A stretch of DNA of 63,905 nt, the filler included, from Reticulomyxa filosa (taxonomy: Eukaryota > Protista > Foraminifera), in the NCBI GenBank assembly GCA_000512085.1. It is 21 parts of 21 records of this genome, joined end to end, with 100 filler letters (N's around TTAATTAATTAA, not from the genome) between each part and the next. Parts side by side here need not be neighbours in the genome. Positions count along the whole stretch, not along the records: positions 33,493 to 40,934 come from ASPP01008303.1; positions 41,035 to 42,557 come from ASPP01010840.1; positions 42,658 to 44,826 come from ASPP01011642.1; positions 44,927 to 48,828 come from ASPP01018902.1; positions 48,929 to 50,117 come from ASPP01024333.1; 16 more parts are not named here. One strand, written 5' to 3'. Position 1 is the first letter of the stretch. Every line of letters starts with the position of its first letter. Below are positions 36,703 to 49,825 of the stretch, piece after piece. Under the pieces are notes generated by a model. The model saw nothing but the letters and a program-made list of their open reading frames with translations, had not been told where the DNA came from and made no database searches. The position numbers were made by a program, and so were the translations under genes.

Positions 36703-39260
36703 GTGCCCCTTCCGACAGTGATAATATGTTTATCTTTACTATTTCCCTATTTAAACTCTCTTTCTTCTTGTTACAACTTTTTTGGAAATCATTTCCGGAA
36801 ATGGGCATTAATATTTTTTTTTAAGGGACTTGGATTTTTTTTAATTGCGCAATATGGATACCTATTCAGGAATAGAAAATTCAAAGACAACAGGCCAGCC
36901 TCACGTTGGGTTGACATCCCAGTAGACTTGAATAGTGATGGATTAAGTGATTTTCGCAGGTTAAATGCGGAATATCATCACCGCTCGAGTCAGCTGTCGA
37001 AAGGACAGACCCTGGGTGGAAATGATAGTCAGAGTGGAGGACAAGCCGATACTGGCAACGATTCATTGATAAGTCGATTTTTTACATTTATGAGCAGTGA
37101 CAATTTGGGCAATTTGAATAAACAACAATCCTATCCAGCACAAGCCCAGCAACGACAAGGAAGAGAGCCAGACGAGTATTCATTGGCACCCGAGCGAAGC
37201 TATATAAACAGCGAAATGAATTCCTACATGACAACACCAATGAAATCTTCGACAAACCTGACAGTCCTGTCTCACTCAATGGTGAAACATGACGACGACA
37301 TGGACGACAATAACGACAGCGAAGACGAATATTATCAAGAAGAAAGCAAATCCGGGGGCAAATACGCCAACACTACGATTTTGAGAAAAAAAATTGTATT
37401 TGATATAATCACATATAATGCATACATACATATATACATAATATGTATTGTTGTATTGTCATTTCTTATTTCTTGATATTTTGTAAGATGAAATGGCAAT
37501 ACAACAATAAACAGCCACGATTTTGGATGTCAGATGCCAATTGCACGCAATGTAGTGAATGTGGAGCGACATTTCACACTTTTAAGAGAAAACAGTTTTG
37601 GATGGAAACTTGTAACGAAAAGAAAAAACAAATTTTCTTTGTTTTGTTTTTGCAAAAAAAAAAAAAAAAAAATATAAAGTTGCATTGTATGTAATCTAGT
37701 CATTGCCGGTTGTGTGGACGTGTGTTTTGCCAGAGGTGTGTAATGTGTCCTTTGATGTAATAAAGAAGAGAAAAGAGGGAGGACATTGCGTTAAAAAAAA
37801 ACAAAGATTGAAATCACAAATAAATTGTGAATAGCTGTTGCTCCGTTCGTGTGCCTGGTGAACCTTTTCGTCTTGAAGTTTGGCTGCGCGAGCACATGCT
37901 CTATGTGCACCACACGATTACATGTTTTCACTTTTCAAACAAACAAACAAACAAACACGACAAAGACCAATATAATTGAAGGGACTGATACGAGTTTGCG
38001 ATCTCTGCTCCAAACTAAAAGCGGACGCGAAATTATTTGGCATTGGAGTGTTTTACTCTAATCCGACCAATGGTTTGAATTGTATATTTTTGTTGGTTTA
38101 TATATGTCTTGAATTGATATTACACGACATAATACTTTGATACATACCATATATGTATATGTACCTTATCAGAGACAAAGCTCGGATTCAATCGCAATGC
38201 GACAATAGACAATCCAATGATAACAGCAACGGCAACGGCAGCGGCGATAACAACAGCAGCAACATCAACACCAACAACATCAACACCAACATCAACATCA
38301 TCCACATCGACACCAACACCAATGGCGACGACGACCACCACCATACCGTCGACGATGATGATCACGACAACGACAGCAATGAGCGGAATGGTGGATGGAA
38401 ATGCCAACGCAAGTCAGAGCGGAACGACGGTGATGGACGTGTTGGCGTCATCGACAGCCGGCAATGCGGCGAACAGCAAGGACATTGTGCGCAAGCTGTA
38501 TCAACTGCATATCTCACACGTCATTCAAAACTTGTGCATGTTTCACAATGTCGACCTGGCATGGGCTGAACGCATTACCAATTTCGCATTTCAAGTTAAC
38601 TCTTTGGTGCAACAAACTGACTCAGTCATCATGGAAATCAGTGACATCCGACATTACGTCAAGGTCAAGAGATTATGCGGTGTGTATGCTGTTACTACAC
38701 ACACCACCTAACATATGCATATGCATATATACATATATATATATATATATGTATATATATATGTATGTATTTACATAAACAAACAATAATAAATAAATAA
38801 TTAAAATTAAGGTGGCAGTATGAACGATTGTCAAGTAATCAATGGGCTAATCCTTCGAAAGAATGTCGCACATCGCAAAATGCGCACTAAGATAATAGAT
38901 CCGAAGATATTGCTATTGGATTGCCCGATCGAATATCACCGCATGTCAAGCAAGCTGGCCAGCTTTGATATTCTGTTGAAACAGGAACCCGAGTACATGA
39001 AAATGATTGTCGACAAAATTCAAGACCTGGGACCGGATATTGTCGTGGTGAGCAATACTGTTAGCAGACTGGCGCAAAATTATATGATCCACGCCAACAT
39101 CACGTTAATTTGCAATTTAAGCTCCTCACTTATGCAAAGATTGTCCCGCTGTATGGGTCTCCCGTTATCAACTCCGTGGATCACGTCAACCATCTGAACC
39201 CCAAACACGTTTTGGGGACGTGTGCCAGTTTTTAGTCAAAGACTATCCCGAAGACCTCAT
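36703..39260 (+). CDS. FAB1: FAB1/PIKfyve PI3P 5-kinase, N-terminal half (FYVE + CCT-like domain); kinase domain absent
   Basis: FYVE motif WMSDANCTQCSEC..F..KRKH|HCRLCGRVFC, and CCT-like YVKVKRL..G..LRKNVAHRKMRTKIIDPKILLL..PIEY, then LGTC.SF after a one-base slip. Confidence 0.9.
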
Positions 39261-39425
39261 GTCTTGACTTTTTTTTTTTTTTTTATATTGTGTTCGTCTG
39301 TGCGGTCACTTAAAAAAAAGAGAAGCTTTTACCAAAAAAAAAAAAAAAAAAAAAAAGGGTTTAAAATTTTTTTTTTTTTTTTACATCTCCCCCCCCTTTT
39401 GTGCAAAAAAAAATAATAATAATAC

Positions 39426-39820
39426 CGATCCAAATTGTAATTTCTCTTGGATTCAGTGCCTTCAGACTCTTTGGAAACTCAAGTTGTGTTTGAAAAGTCT
39501 TTTCAAATGTGCTCTTCTGTGGCACAACGATGTCGTGGGCACTGTAGTCAACTGATCCTTCGTCACCGCAAACGGTAATGTTGGGAAAGGCGCTTCGAAG
39601 GGAACCGGCCAGCAACTTTTGCACCAGTGTCCTTGCCAATTCGTCCGGATGTTTGTTGTCCGACAGTTGCTTCGATTTCGGATTTTCACTTGACAGTTCT
39701 CCGTACACTTTGTCCACCAATGTAAAGTCTTTACGGTTAAACACCGTATCATATATTATATTTGAACGGCCAATCAAATCACGGCAAGCAACCACCAACG
39801 GCTCTAAATCAAAGGATTTC
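39426..39820 (-). CDS. Inositol monophosphatase / BPNT1-like exon (N-terminal part only)
   Basis: LVQKLLAGSLRSAFPNITVCGDEG and LNPREITIWI|(intron) correspond to the FPxxxxxGEE and WxDPxDG regions of the family. Confidence 0.65.
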
Positions 39821-40894
39821 TGTTTTTTTAAATATTTTTTGTTGGGATGTATGATCTTAAATAGAAAGTTTTTTCACAACAAAAAAAAGATTGAGGAAGC
39901 CTCGTGTCAGAGTCGGTTTCCGACTTAGTGCTACAGAGCTCGCGCCAAAAAGTAAACACGCGTAACTTGAGAATCTTCTTTTTTTTCATCACCCTTGGAC
40001 CTCATGTCTCACTTCAAATCAAATGCTTCAACGCGATAACAAAAATTTATACTAAAATTTTATAGAGTTTTCTGATATATATATTTTTTGGTTCCTTCCA
40101 ACTCACGTCAAAAAATGTGAGAATGGTGACTAATTCTCCCAAGTCTGTTTCTAGCGTTTGAAGTTTATTTTGTGTAACTTTTTGAAAAAAATACACTTTT
40201 GATCATCAAGACAAAAAGGTAAAAAATCTGTTATTTGGAATTGAAATAGCAACAATGTTGCGTCTTTATCTTCACAGTCGAGGCGAGGGCACCAACTTCA
40301 TGGCGCCATTTCACTTTCAAAATTACTGAATATGAAAAAGAAAAGATTCATCTTGCATCTCAACTTCAAACAAATACTGTATTTCACTCTGATTTAACAT
40401 AGCTAACATGAGAATTTTAAAATCGCTATGATATTCAAATACTCTAGTTCATCCAAATATGAAGATGTAATTGCAAAGACGTCTGTGCTCCTACCGACGG
40501 TGTGCACATAAAAGCAGCAATAAATTATTTTTATCTAAAATAAACATTTCCTGAACGCACTGTGGAAGAACGTAAAAACAACTTACAAACTTTTTGACAG
40601 GATTAATCTAACCTTTCTTTAAGCCAAGATGAAAAGCATTAATTTGACAAAAAAACTAGCAATTCTCAAAAAAAAAACACACATAAGCATAAGACCCGTA
40701 GGAGGACAGAAATCATAGCATGCAACAAATGTGCAGCGATCAAAACTGAAAGATGCAGCCCAATGTTTCTGAACGAAAAAATAAAATTAGCGATACATTC
40801 GTGTTGAGAAAGAGCAATAAAAAGAGAAAAAGAAAACAAATGAACAAAAAAAGTGTAAGCACTTTAAATAACCATAGAACATCACAAACAGCTC

Positions 40895-40934
<40 letters not shown>

Positions 40935-41034
40935 NNNNNNNNNNNNNNNNNNNNNNNNNNNNNNNNNNNNNNNNNNNNTTAATTAATTAANNNNNNNNNN
41001 NNNNNNNNNNNNNNNNNNNNNNNNNNNNNNNNNN

Positions 41035-42557
41035 CGCGTGGCAGCGCCAGCACCTGCTGGCGGATGGCCTCGAAGCGGGCGCCAATGCTGGCATCGCCGC
41101 ACACGAAACGGGCGCGGGTCAGCGCCTGGTGCTCCCACAGCCAGGCTTTGTGGTGCTGGTAATGCGCGAAGGCGTCGGTGGTGCTCACCAGCAGGCCGCT
41201 GGCGCCGTCCGGGCGCAGGCGGATGTCCACGTCGTATAGCACGCCGGCCGAGGTGGTGCTGGTGAGCCAGGTAATGATCTTGCGCGCCAGGCGCGAGTAC
41301 AGGTCCGGCGCGTCCGGGTGATCGTCGTCGTCAGGAAGATCACGTCCAGGTCCGAGGCGTAGCCCAGCTCCTTGCCGCCCAGCTTGCCGTAACCACCACG
41401 CTGACAGCGGCACCTCGCGGTGGCGTTTGGGATGTCCAGCCAGGCGTGGCGCACGGTGACGTCCAGCACCAGGTCGGCCAGGCGCGACAGCTCGTCGCTC
41501 AGCGCCTCCAGCGTCCACACTGCCGGCCAGGTCTTGCGCGTACCAGGCGGAAGGTTTGCGCGTGCTGGAAATGGCGCAGTGCGTCCATCTGCGCTTCCAC
41601 GTCGCCGTGGCAATCCTGCAGCTGCTGCTCCAGTTGTGCGGCCAACTGCGGCCAGTCCGGGGTGGCGTACAGCACGCGGGCGTCGAGCAGTTCGTCCAGC
41701 AGGATAGGGTGGCGCGACAGGTAGTCCGACACCCAGGCGCTGGACGAGTACAGCGAAGCCAGCCGCTGCAGCGTTTGCGGGTATTCCAGCAACAGCGACA
41801 GGTAAGACGCACGCCGGCTGATGGCGTCGATCAGCTGCAGGATGCGCTGCAGCGTGGTGTCGGCGTTGTCGAAGCTGGCGGCCACTTCCATCAGCGGGCC
41901 CATCAGTGCGTCCAGCTTCTTGCGGCTGGCGTCCGGCAACTGCAGGTAACGTTGGCCGCAGGCCAGGTTGCGCAGCTGGCGTTGCAGGTCGTCCGGGTCG
42001 TGGTAGCCCAGGCTGGCCAGGCGGGGCGCGATGTCGACGTTGGCGATGTCGCGCCAGTCGTTTTCCAGCGGGTGGGCGGCGGCGCCTTCGGTGGGCAGGA
42101 GAACACTTGCTCGAAGTGCCGCGTCACGCGGCGGCGATGGCGGTTCAGCTCGTTCAGGAAGGCGTGCCAGTCGGCAAAGCCCATGCTGCTGGCGATGCGC
42201 TGCCGGTTCTCGTCACTGGCGGGCAGGCTTTGCGTCTGCTGGTCGTCCAGGTACTGCAGGCGGTGTTCGAGGTTGCGCAGGAAGGTGTAGGCACCCAGCA
42301 GCTCGGCCACGGTGTCCGGCTCCAGCAGGCGCAGCTCGGCCAGGACGGCGTAGGTGTCGCGCGTGCTTTTCAGCTGCAGGCGGCGCTCGCGGCCACCGCG
42401 TATCAGCTGGAATACCTGCGCGATGAACTCCACTTCACGAATGCCGCCCGGCCCCAGCTTGATGTTGTCGGCCATGTCGCGGCGCGCCACTTCGCGGCGG
42501 ATCTGCGCGTGCAGCTCGCGCATGGCACCGTAGGCGCCGTAGTCGAGGTATTTGCGG
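41035..42557 (-). CDS. glnE: Bacterial glutamine synthetase adenylyltransferase/deadenylyltransferase, internal fragment with frameshifts
   Basis: The whole contig is very GC-rich and intronless. Motifs RKYLDYGA, NIKLGPGGIREVEFIAQ, YTFLRNLEHRLQ, HPILLDELLD, GYGKLGGKELGYASDLD, LYDVDIRLRPDG and AWLWEHQALTRAR. Confidence 0.96.
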
Positions 42558-42657
42558 NNNNNNNNNNNNNNNNNNNNNNNNNNNNNNNNNNNNNNNNNNN
42601 NTTAATTAATTAANNNNNNNNNNNNNNNNNNNNNNNNNNNNNNNNNNNNNNNNNNNN

Positions 42658-43564
42658 TCTTCTTCTTCTTCTTCTTCTCCATTGCCATCAACGACGCGTT
42701 GAGAGTCCACTCGTCTTCTTTCCTTCCTTCTCTGTCCATCATGGTCTTTGTCGTTTTCATTGTCACCTTCGTCATTGCTGTTGTCATTGCTGTCATTATT
42801 TTCGGGCTTCTTTTTGCCATTGCTTTTTCTTGTTTTCGAATTTGTTTTGTTGTTTTTCGATTCTTTCGATGCTTCATCAATCTTTTTTTTTTTGTGTTTT
42901 GGTTTTGATTCACAATGAACAGAATATTGAGTATACGTAGCTTCGTTCAGAAAAAGGGGGGGGGAAAAAAAGGGAATCATTAAAAAAAAAAAAAAAGAAA
43001 ACGAAACTGATATTTTTGACTTGGAATTTCTATTGCTTGAATTATTTTCTTTGTTTTCTCCCTTCGATTTGTCATTCGCATCACCTCTGTGGCCAGTTCT
43101 TCCTCGGGCGCGATTCGTCAAAGACCCTTTTGACCCGTCCTCGTTTCTCTTACAACAATGTACATGAGGAGATATACGCAGAACGGAAAAAAAAAAAAAA
43201 AAACAACATTACACAAGAAACAAATTAGTCATTAATGTATACATGTCTATATATGCATATATATGCATATATACATATATATGTATATATGTATATGAAG
43301 TATTATGACTGTTGTTTGTGCAAAAACACCCGTAGAGTCGATATCTACTTAGCCAACCCATTGCCAAAATTTTTCTCGACTTACCAATGAGTCGCTTTCG
43401 GCCTCTATTCCTTCCGTAGACTCTCTTGTGTCGCTTTCTTCGTTGGGATTGAGTCGACGACGCTTCGATGTCTCACTGTTGTCTGGCTCCTGTGCTCCCC
43501 CCTTTATTTCCACCCGCCCCGTTGTCACAAGGTCCATCGCTTCCACAGTTTCAATGGAACTCAA
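42658..43564 (-). CDS. Low-complexity charged hypothetical protein, 5' part, multi-exon
   Basis: ORF 43349-43564 with an NLS-like KRRR, followed by K/N/E-rich exons separated by (TA)n and T-run introns. Confidence 0.45.
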
Positions 43565-43975
43565 CTTTTTCTGGTCTGTGGCGCTTTTGTCCCTAGTGCA
43601 ATGCCGTCAAGTTGTTTTATTTTGTTTATATTCATGTTTTTGCAACTCTTGTTAGCCGTTGACAATGGTCTTTTCTTCTTGAGGTAAAAAGAAAAGAAAT
43701 CAATAAATGTGAAGCATGAGCTTAACTGGCATGGTTTTATATTATATGGAGTTAAAAAAAATGTTCTGTTTACCCTTTCAAAAATATCAACAATTAAATC
43801 GTGTTGTGTAGGGCAAATGCAAAATTCTACTGCCAAGAATTTTCACGCCACCAACACCGATTACGAATTTTGGAATACGGGCTATTTTTTTTTTGAAATT
43901 CAATTGATTTGAATCAACTGTGATATATAATATATAAAAACAAGGTTGAGCACTTGAAGTGCTATAAAAATACCA

Positions 43976-44355
43976 ATGAACGGAACCTATGAATTTGGAG
44001 TGTTTTTATCACATTTCTGTAATATTGATTTGTTTCGACAAGGGTTAGTCAAACAAAACGTTGAGAGTGTTAACAGTGTAGCTTGTGAAGGAAAAAAACA
44101 AACACAAAACATGAAAAAAAACCCCAAAAAAATCGGGGTGAAACATATAGCGTATATTTTTTTCGAATACGAGTGTATGGATATGAAGGGTTTCATGACA
44201 GTAATAACATTAGTGAGAGTTCCGCAGCATTGAATGAGTGGAATGGTGAAGAGATGAAGATAAACAAGACGAGCAGTGATAAAAGTAACGGAGTACTAAA
44301 AAGAAATAGCAATAATAACAACAGCAACAATAATAATAATAATAATAACAATAAC

Positions 44356-44393
<38 letters not shown>

Positions 44394-44750
44394 TAACAAT
44401 AACAATAATAATGACAATGGCAACAACAATAACAACAATAATAACAATAACAAAGGCAGCAGCAAAAATAACAATAAAAACAATCTAATGAACGGCACAG
44501 AAGATGATTCAGAGGACAATGACAACAATCCAAGAAAATATGCATTGCCATATCGTATAATAACAGGCCGAGTGCACGGAGCAGATTACCTGTTGTCCGA
44601 ATCAGATCGACTGGCCCATGCGGGACACATGGATGGAACGAACAATGCTTTTTGCTCGTCTTTGTTCCGAGTCCAGTATCAAGAGCAGCGAGTCCGCCTA
44701 AATGAAGGATGCCTATTTCGGATCGATTTGCCATGTTCGCCAGTTCTTGT
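43976..44750 (+). CDS. FAM135-like protein, N-terminal part with poly-Asn insertion
   Basis: YEFGVFLSHFCNIDLFRQG and SSLFRVQYQEQRVRLNEGCLFRI resemble the FAM135 N-terminal motifs FxNVDLFQRG and FxIxYxxxxVxLN. Confidence 0.75.
44311..44450 (+). repeat. (AAT/AAC)n coding microsatellite (poly-Asn)
   Basis: Directly visible trinucleotide run. Confidence 0.95.
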
Positions 44751-44792
44751 TATTAATCCTCGAATTTACTTTGTCTCATTCATTTTTTATTT

Positions 44793-44826
<34 letters not shown>

Positions 44827-45459
44827 NNNNNNNNNNNNNNNNNNNNNNNNNNNNNNNNNNNNNNNNNNNNTTAATTAATTAANNNNNNNNNNNNNNNNNN
44901 NNNNNNNNNNNNNNNNNNNNNNNNNNGTTTTAAAATAATTAGTATTTGTCGTATTTTTTTTTTCAGAAAAATAGAAATTTAAATGTTTGTTAATGTTGAA
45001 TAAATAATTTTTTGTAAAATTTTGTTTGTGCTGTTCGCTGTTGGTTTTGCTAGTGTTGATGTTTTTTGGGTTTGACTTTTATTGCAAATATTTTTAAAAC
45101 ATAACAGAAGTAAAAAAAAAGAATATGGACCAGTTTAATCAGTACCAGTCAAATGGCATCATGTCAATGTTTTTTTTTTCTAAAAATGAGAAATATGATT
45201 GAGAGACTTTCTTGAGTTTTTCAGAATTGGGTCATTTTTTGTAATTTTTGGGTCATTTTTGAACCAATTTTTATAAAAAAAGTACTTTTTTCAAAAAAAA
45301 AAATTTCCAAAAGTGCCCAAATGGGGGGATGTAATTCAAGTTTTTTTATGTTGGTTTTTGCAATGTTTCTTTCTCAACAACAAAAAATACAGTTCCAATG
45401 GCATTTACTCCCAGAAAACAAAAGAGGAAGAGCGTTTGAAGCAAATCATGTAAGTAAAC

Positions 45460-45890
45460 AGACAATGTAAGACATTAGAAAAAGTCTTCTTAACGACAGA
45501 AGAAAAAAGATATAATGAAACAAAGAATCATAAATAATCGATTGATTCAATTATCAAAAACACACTAATGATTGCTTGTACAATGTACTTTGGACTATGA
45601 TAATGAATAGAAGAAAGCTTAAACACCAAGCGAATTGCAACAAAGCTACAAATTGTCTGATGGCCAAGTTATCACCGCTGATGCTAAACGACTCCAATGC
45701 TAAGAAGTTTTGTTCAAACCAAATTTCATTAGATGTGAACAAGAAGGTGTGCAAATAGCACTTCTAATCTATCATAAAATATGATGTTGATATTAGAAAA
45801 GATTTGTATAATAATATCGTGATGAGCAGTAGCACAACAATGTTCAATGGCATAGCCGAAAGAATACAAAAAGAAATCAAAGTTTTGTAT
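45460..45890 (+). pseudogene. Actin pseudogene fragment
   Basis: SYKLSDGQVIT, RLQC*EVLFKPNFI and [32 protein letters not shown] match actin, with stops and frameshifts. Confidence 0.88.
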
Positions 45891-47874
45891 CGGCTGCATC
45901 GCAAATATCGATACAACATGATGGCATTGTCAATATCTATCGTGAGTAGCTCGCTTCTCTATATTCGCTTTCCAATCCTCAGCAGCGTCCACTCGACTTA
46001 CACACTATCGTTGGTTTAATGCTTTCCGACTCAGGCGAAGCCAAGACCAAACAACTACAAAATGTATTATCCGTTTATTGTATTTACATATAACATATAA
46101 GTGTATATGTGTTTATTTACTTCAAAAAAAGGCAATAAGCATATCAAATTTGCAATGTCGACAATGACAAAGTTTATGAGACGCACTCCCGTAAGTCCCA
46201 AACAAAAATGTCACGCTGGAATATAAATTGAAAATGTCCAACGACAGAGACGCAGCGGCTCTCCACTTTATCGTGGCTTTCGATCATTTGAAAGACACAA
46301 GGTTATTTGTTCATCACAGCCATATATTATCAATCAATTCAAACATTTTTTCCATCGTCTTTTGCAAATGTATATGGATTGCAAACAAAGAAGAGAAGAA
46401 GAATAAAAAGAAAAAGGCCAACAAACTCAAGTTCAAAGTCAGATGGGCCGGTGACTTACCAGTATTGTTGGACATGCATTCCAATTGTGGTCGATATGAT
46501 ATTTATTCAATGTTTGCTGCAACTGAAGAAAAATACAAAGAAAAGCATGACATTGACGATTCGTCTAACCTACAACACACAGCATGAGTTTCGACCAAGA
46601 CTTTTTTAGACAATGTCGAGTACAAAATATTTCAGTTGTAGATACTACATCGCCAACGTGTCAATTCTGATGAGATGTAACTTCACTAAGCAAATGCAAC
46701 GCAATCATCATTTGGTAACAAATTATTACCACTGTTCAACGATATCTTGGCTAGAATGAATGTCGAAATTTAAACCTTAAATTGTTATTTATTGCTGGCA
46801 GATCACCATTTATTTGTCTCATTGATGGAAGAGTCACTGTGCATACGAAATATTACAAAGATACCGTCTTACTCCTTTCAAGATGTGCGTATCTATCGGA
46901 CTCCTAATTTAGTAAAGTTAATCGCACTACTTCAATGGATTTGTGATGTCAAAGTATTTGTGATGAAGAGACAGTGGGTAGAAGATATTGTTAGTATTTG
47001 TTTGCGTCGATTTGGCGACTAATAAAATGATATTGTTTTTCCGATGTTTTTGAATGAGTTGCAAACGGAACTTCAGATTTTGCTTGCTTTCAATACCTGT
47101 CAGCTATGTCAATATATTTCAAACTTTTTTAGAATTAAAGAATGAAAAGTCTGTTGACAATGACTTGGAGCGGGTCAGGACCAATGATCTATACTTATCA
47201 AGACGCTTGTAAAGAGTTGGAAAAAGAAAACTATGACCAAGTAACGAAAACGATTCGACTTGGTCTTTGTTTATAATAGTTCTTGTCTCCTTGGTAGGAT
47301 GAAATTTTTTTGGAATGTGAAAAAGAAATAACTCGATAACACAATACGAGTTTTAGAATTCAAAAATTATCTACTTTAGGATGTTGTCAAGAAAAATTCT
47401 GACATACTCACGTTTTTTTCTTTTTTTAAAGGGATCAATCATTTATTTGCAATTCTTCATTCGCAAGAAAATACAGCTTTGTTTCGATAGAATATTTTTC
47501 TCATCACAAATGCAGATTTATGTATATCAACGTGAGGAAAATATTAAAATTGAACTTAAATTCAATTCGTGCTGATATAACGTGATAGTCATATGCACGA
47601 TAAAAAAAGAAAAAAGTTTCATTAAAAAATAAAATTAAAACAAAATAATCATTCATTCATTTAAAAGCTTTTGTGTTAAATAATATTTCAATTATTTTGT
47701 TCTATCATTTGTATTTTATTGACACAACTTTTCCCAGCACAATCAACGAGTTTGCTCATTGCAGCCATTTTTCCTATAATAATAACACAATACAATATAA
47801 ATTATTATATTATATTATACATGATATCATATTTACAAGAAATTCTCTTTGACATACTCAATAATCTGCACTAA

Positions 47875-48410
47875 TCAAAGGATGTCACAACTAATCGCAT
47901 TTTTGGCAGTTTGGTCACCAGCCTCAATGAAAGTAGCTCTATTAACTGTTGCATTATTTATTGCTTTTCTCATTTTCCATTTGATTTCCAACATTTGACA
48001 ATGTAATTTTCCTTTATAGTTGCCTTTTCCATCATTAGTTGAAGCTTTCAATTGTCCTGAAATGATCTTGAAAAAATACCAAAGCGGTAAATTTGGTTGT
48101 TCGTTTTGGTGGGCAGGACCATAAACGCAAATCACATCACCAGTTTGTGGCATATTTTCCTTTTTCACCTTTACATCAACGGTTGTCACTAGCTTCGGCT
48201 TTGTAGACTGTTCGTTGGATAAAAACTAACATGGACACAAGGGGTAATTGTTCCTTGTCCAATATGTCTAGTGATCATATAATCCATTCCTTTAATGTCA
48301 TAAACATCACTGATTGGCATACGGAATGATTTCTTTATTGACCTTTTTGGTTGACTGAAAATTTTCTCCAAAGCATCCATCAAAGTCACACCAGTAATGT
48401 TCACTAAAGG
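47875..48410 (-). pseudogene. Elongation factor-like (EFL, EF-1alpha family) pseudogene, domains II-III
   Basis: TLMDALE, FRMPISDVYDIKG, KENMPQTGDVI, GQLKA and CQMLEIKWKM are EFL-type wordings. The sequence is frameshifted with deletions. Confidence 0.78.
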
Positions 48411-49429
48411 ATCATTCCATTTTGTTCACACAAACCGTCAATTGTTCAATTCCTAACAAGTGGCGCAATCGAGCATGTTATCGGGTTTGTCCTTAAATTT
48501 CTCTATATTTTTTTTTTGAAGAAAAACAAAAATTATTACTCCTTTTTTTTTCTCCACATAAACATACCATTTTTTTTGTGGTTTCCTTTCGCAATCGATG
48601 TCTCAAGTCCAATGAAGTTTGGATTGAACAAAACTTCTTGGCATTAGAAGCGTTCAGCATCAACGATGATGACTAGGTGATCAGGCAATTTGTATTTTTG
48701 TTGCAATTCGGTGGAGATGTCAGCTTTCCTCAATTTATCATCATTATCCAAAACAACATCTGACAATATTTCATTAATATCTCCTTCTCTGCGGTGGTTG
48801 TGAAGGAATATCCACTTTCCATTATAATNNNNNNNNNNNNNNNNNNNNNNNNNNNNNNNNNNNNNNNNNNNNTTAATTAATTAANNNNNNNNNNNNNNNN
48901 NNNNNNNNNNNNNNNNNNNNNNNNNNNNCCGTCTCCGCAAGGAGTGCAAAAGGTTTGTTTATATTTAAATATATTTTTTTTTTACTTAATTAACTTGTTT
49001 GTTTGATTAACAGCCGTAACCCGTCTGTCCAAAAAAAAAACTAATTGTATACGTCCCCACCCACACTCACCACATCCAAAGAAAAACTTCGGGGTTGAAG
49101 CCACCCCACATCCAAAAAAAAATCAAAGAGTTTGGTTTTCTATTTTTTTTATTTTTTTATTTTTTTATCAAACGTTTGCGTGTTTGTGAACAGGCATGCC
49201 CCCATCAAAAAAAAATTTATTTGCCCCCCTGTTACAAAAGAAAAAAAATATATAGATAATTGGAATGTGAGCTTTTAGCTCCTCAACAAAAGTATATTTT
49301 TGTTTATTTTTGTTAAAATTGAACCATTTTTTCAATTTGTGTGATTTGTTTACAGGGTTCAATGATCAAAAAAAAAGATTGTAAAGTTTTTATATTTTTT
49401 ATTTTTATATTTTTTATTTGTATTGAGAT

Positions 49430-49825
49430 TAGAGGGTAGGGAAAATTTGGGGAAAAGAATATAATGGAAAAAATAGAGAAAAAAGGATTGGAGCAAAAGG
49501 GGTGGGAGCAAAAGGGGTGGGAACAAAATGGGTGGGAAAAGAAAATGATGGAAAAGGGTGGAAATTTTTATTTAAGAAAATGATAAAAAAGGGGAAAATT
49601 TTTATTTAAGAAAATGATGGAAAAGGGAAAATTTTTATTTAAGAATGAAGAAAAATTAAAAAATGGAAAATGAAAAAAATAGTTGAAAAATGAAAAATAA
49701 AATAAAAAAGAAGACAATGTAAAAAAAAGAAAAAAAAAAGATTAAAAAGATAAGAAAAAAGATTAAAAAAATAAAAAAGAAAAAAGAAAAAAAGAAAAAA
49801 GAAAAAGATAAAGAAAAAAAAAAAT
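49430..49825 (+). repeat. Purine-rich tract with tandem repeats
   Basis: GGAGCAAAAGGGGTG occurs 2-3 times (~49490-49537), and a ~35-nt unit GAAAATGATGGAAAAGGG..ATTTTTATTTAA occurs 3 times (~49541-49645), followed by (A)nG runs. Confidence 0.85.

Noticed and set aside
41556-42613. Long + strand ORFs in the GC-rich contig, and other antisense ORFs (e.g. 17887-18546, 44210-44734)
   Set aside because: These are shadow frames of real opposite-strand genes or of trinucleotide repeats, with no motifs of their own.
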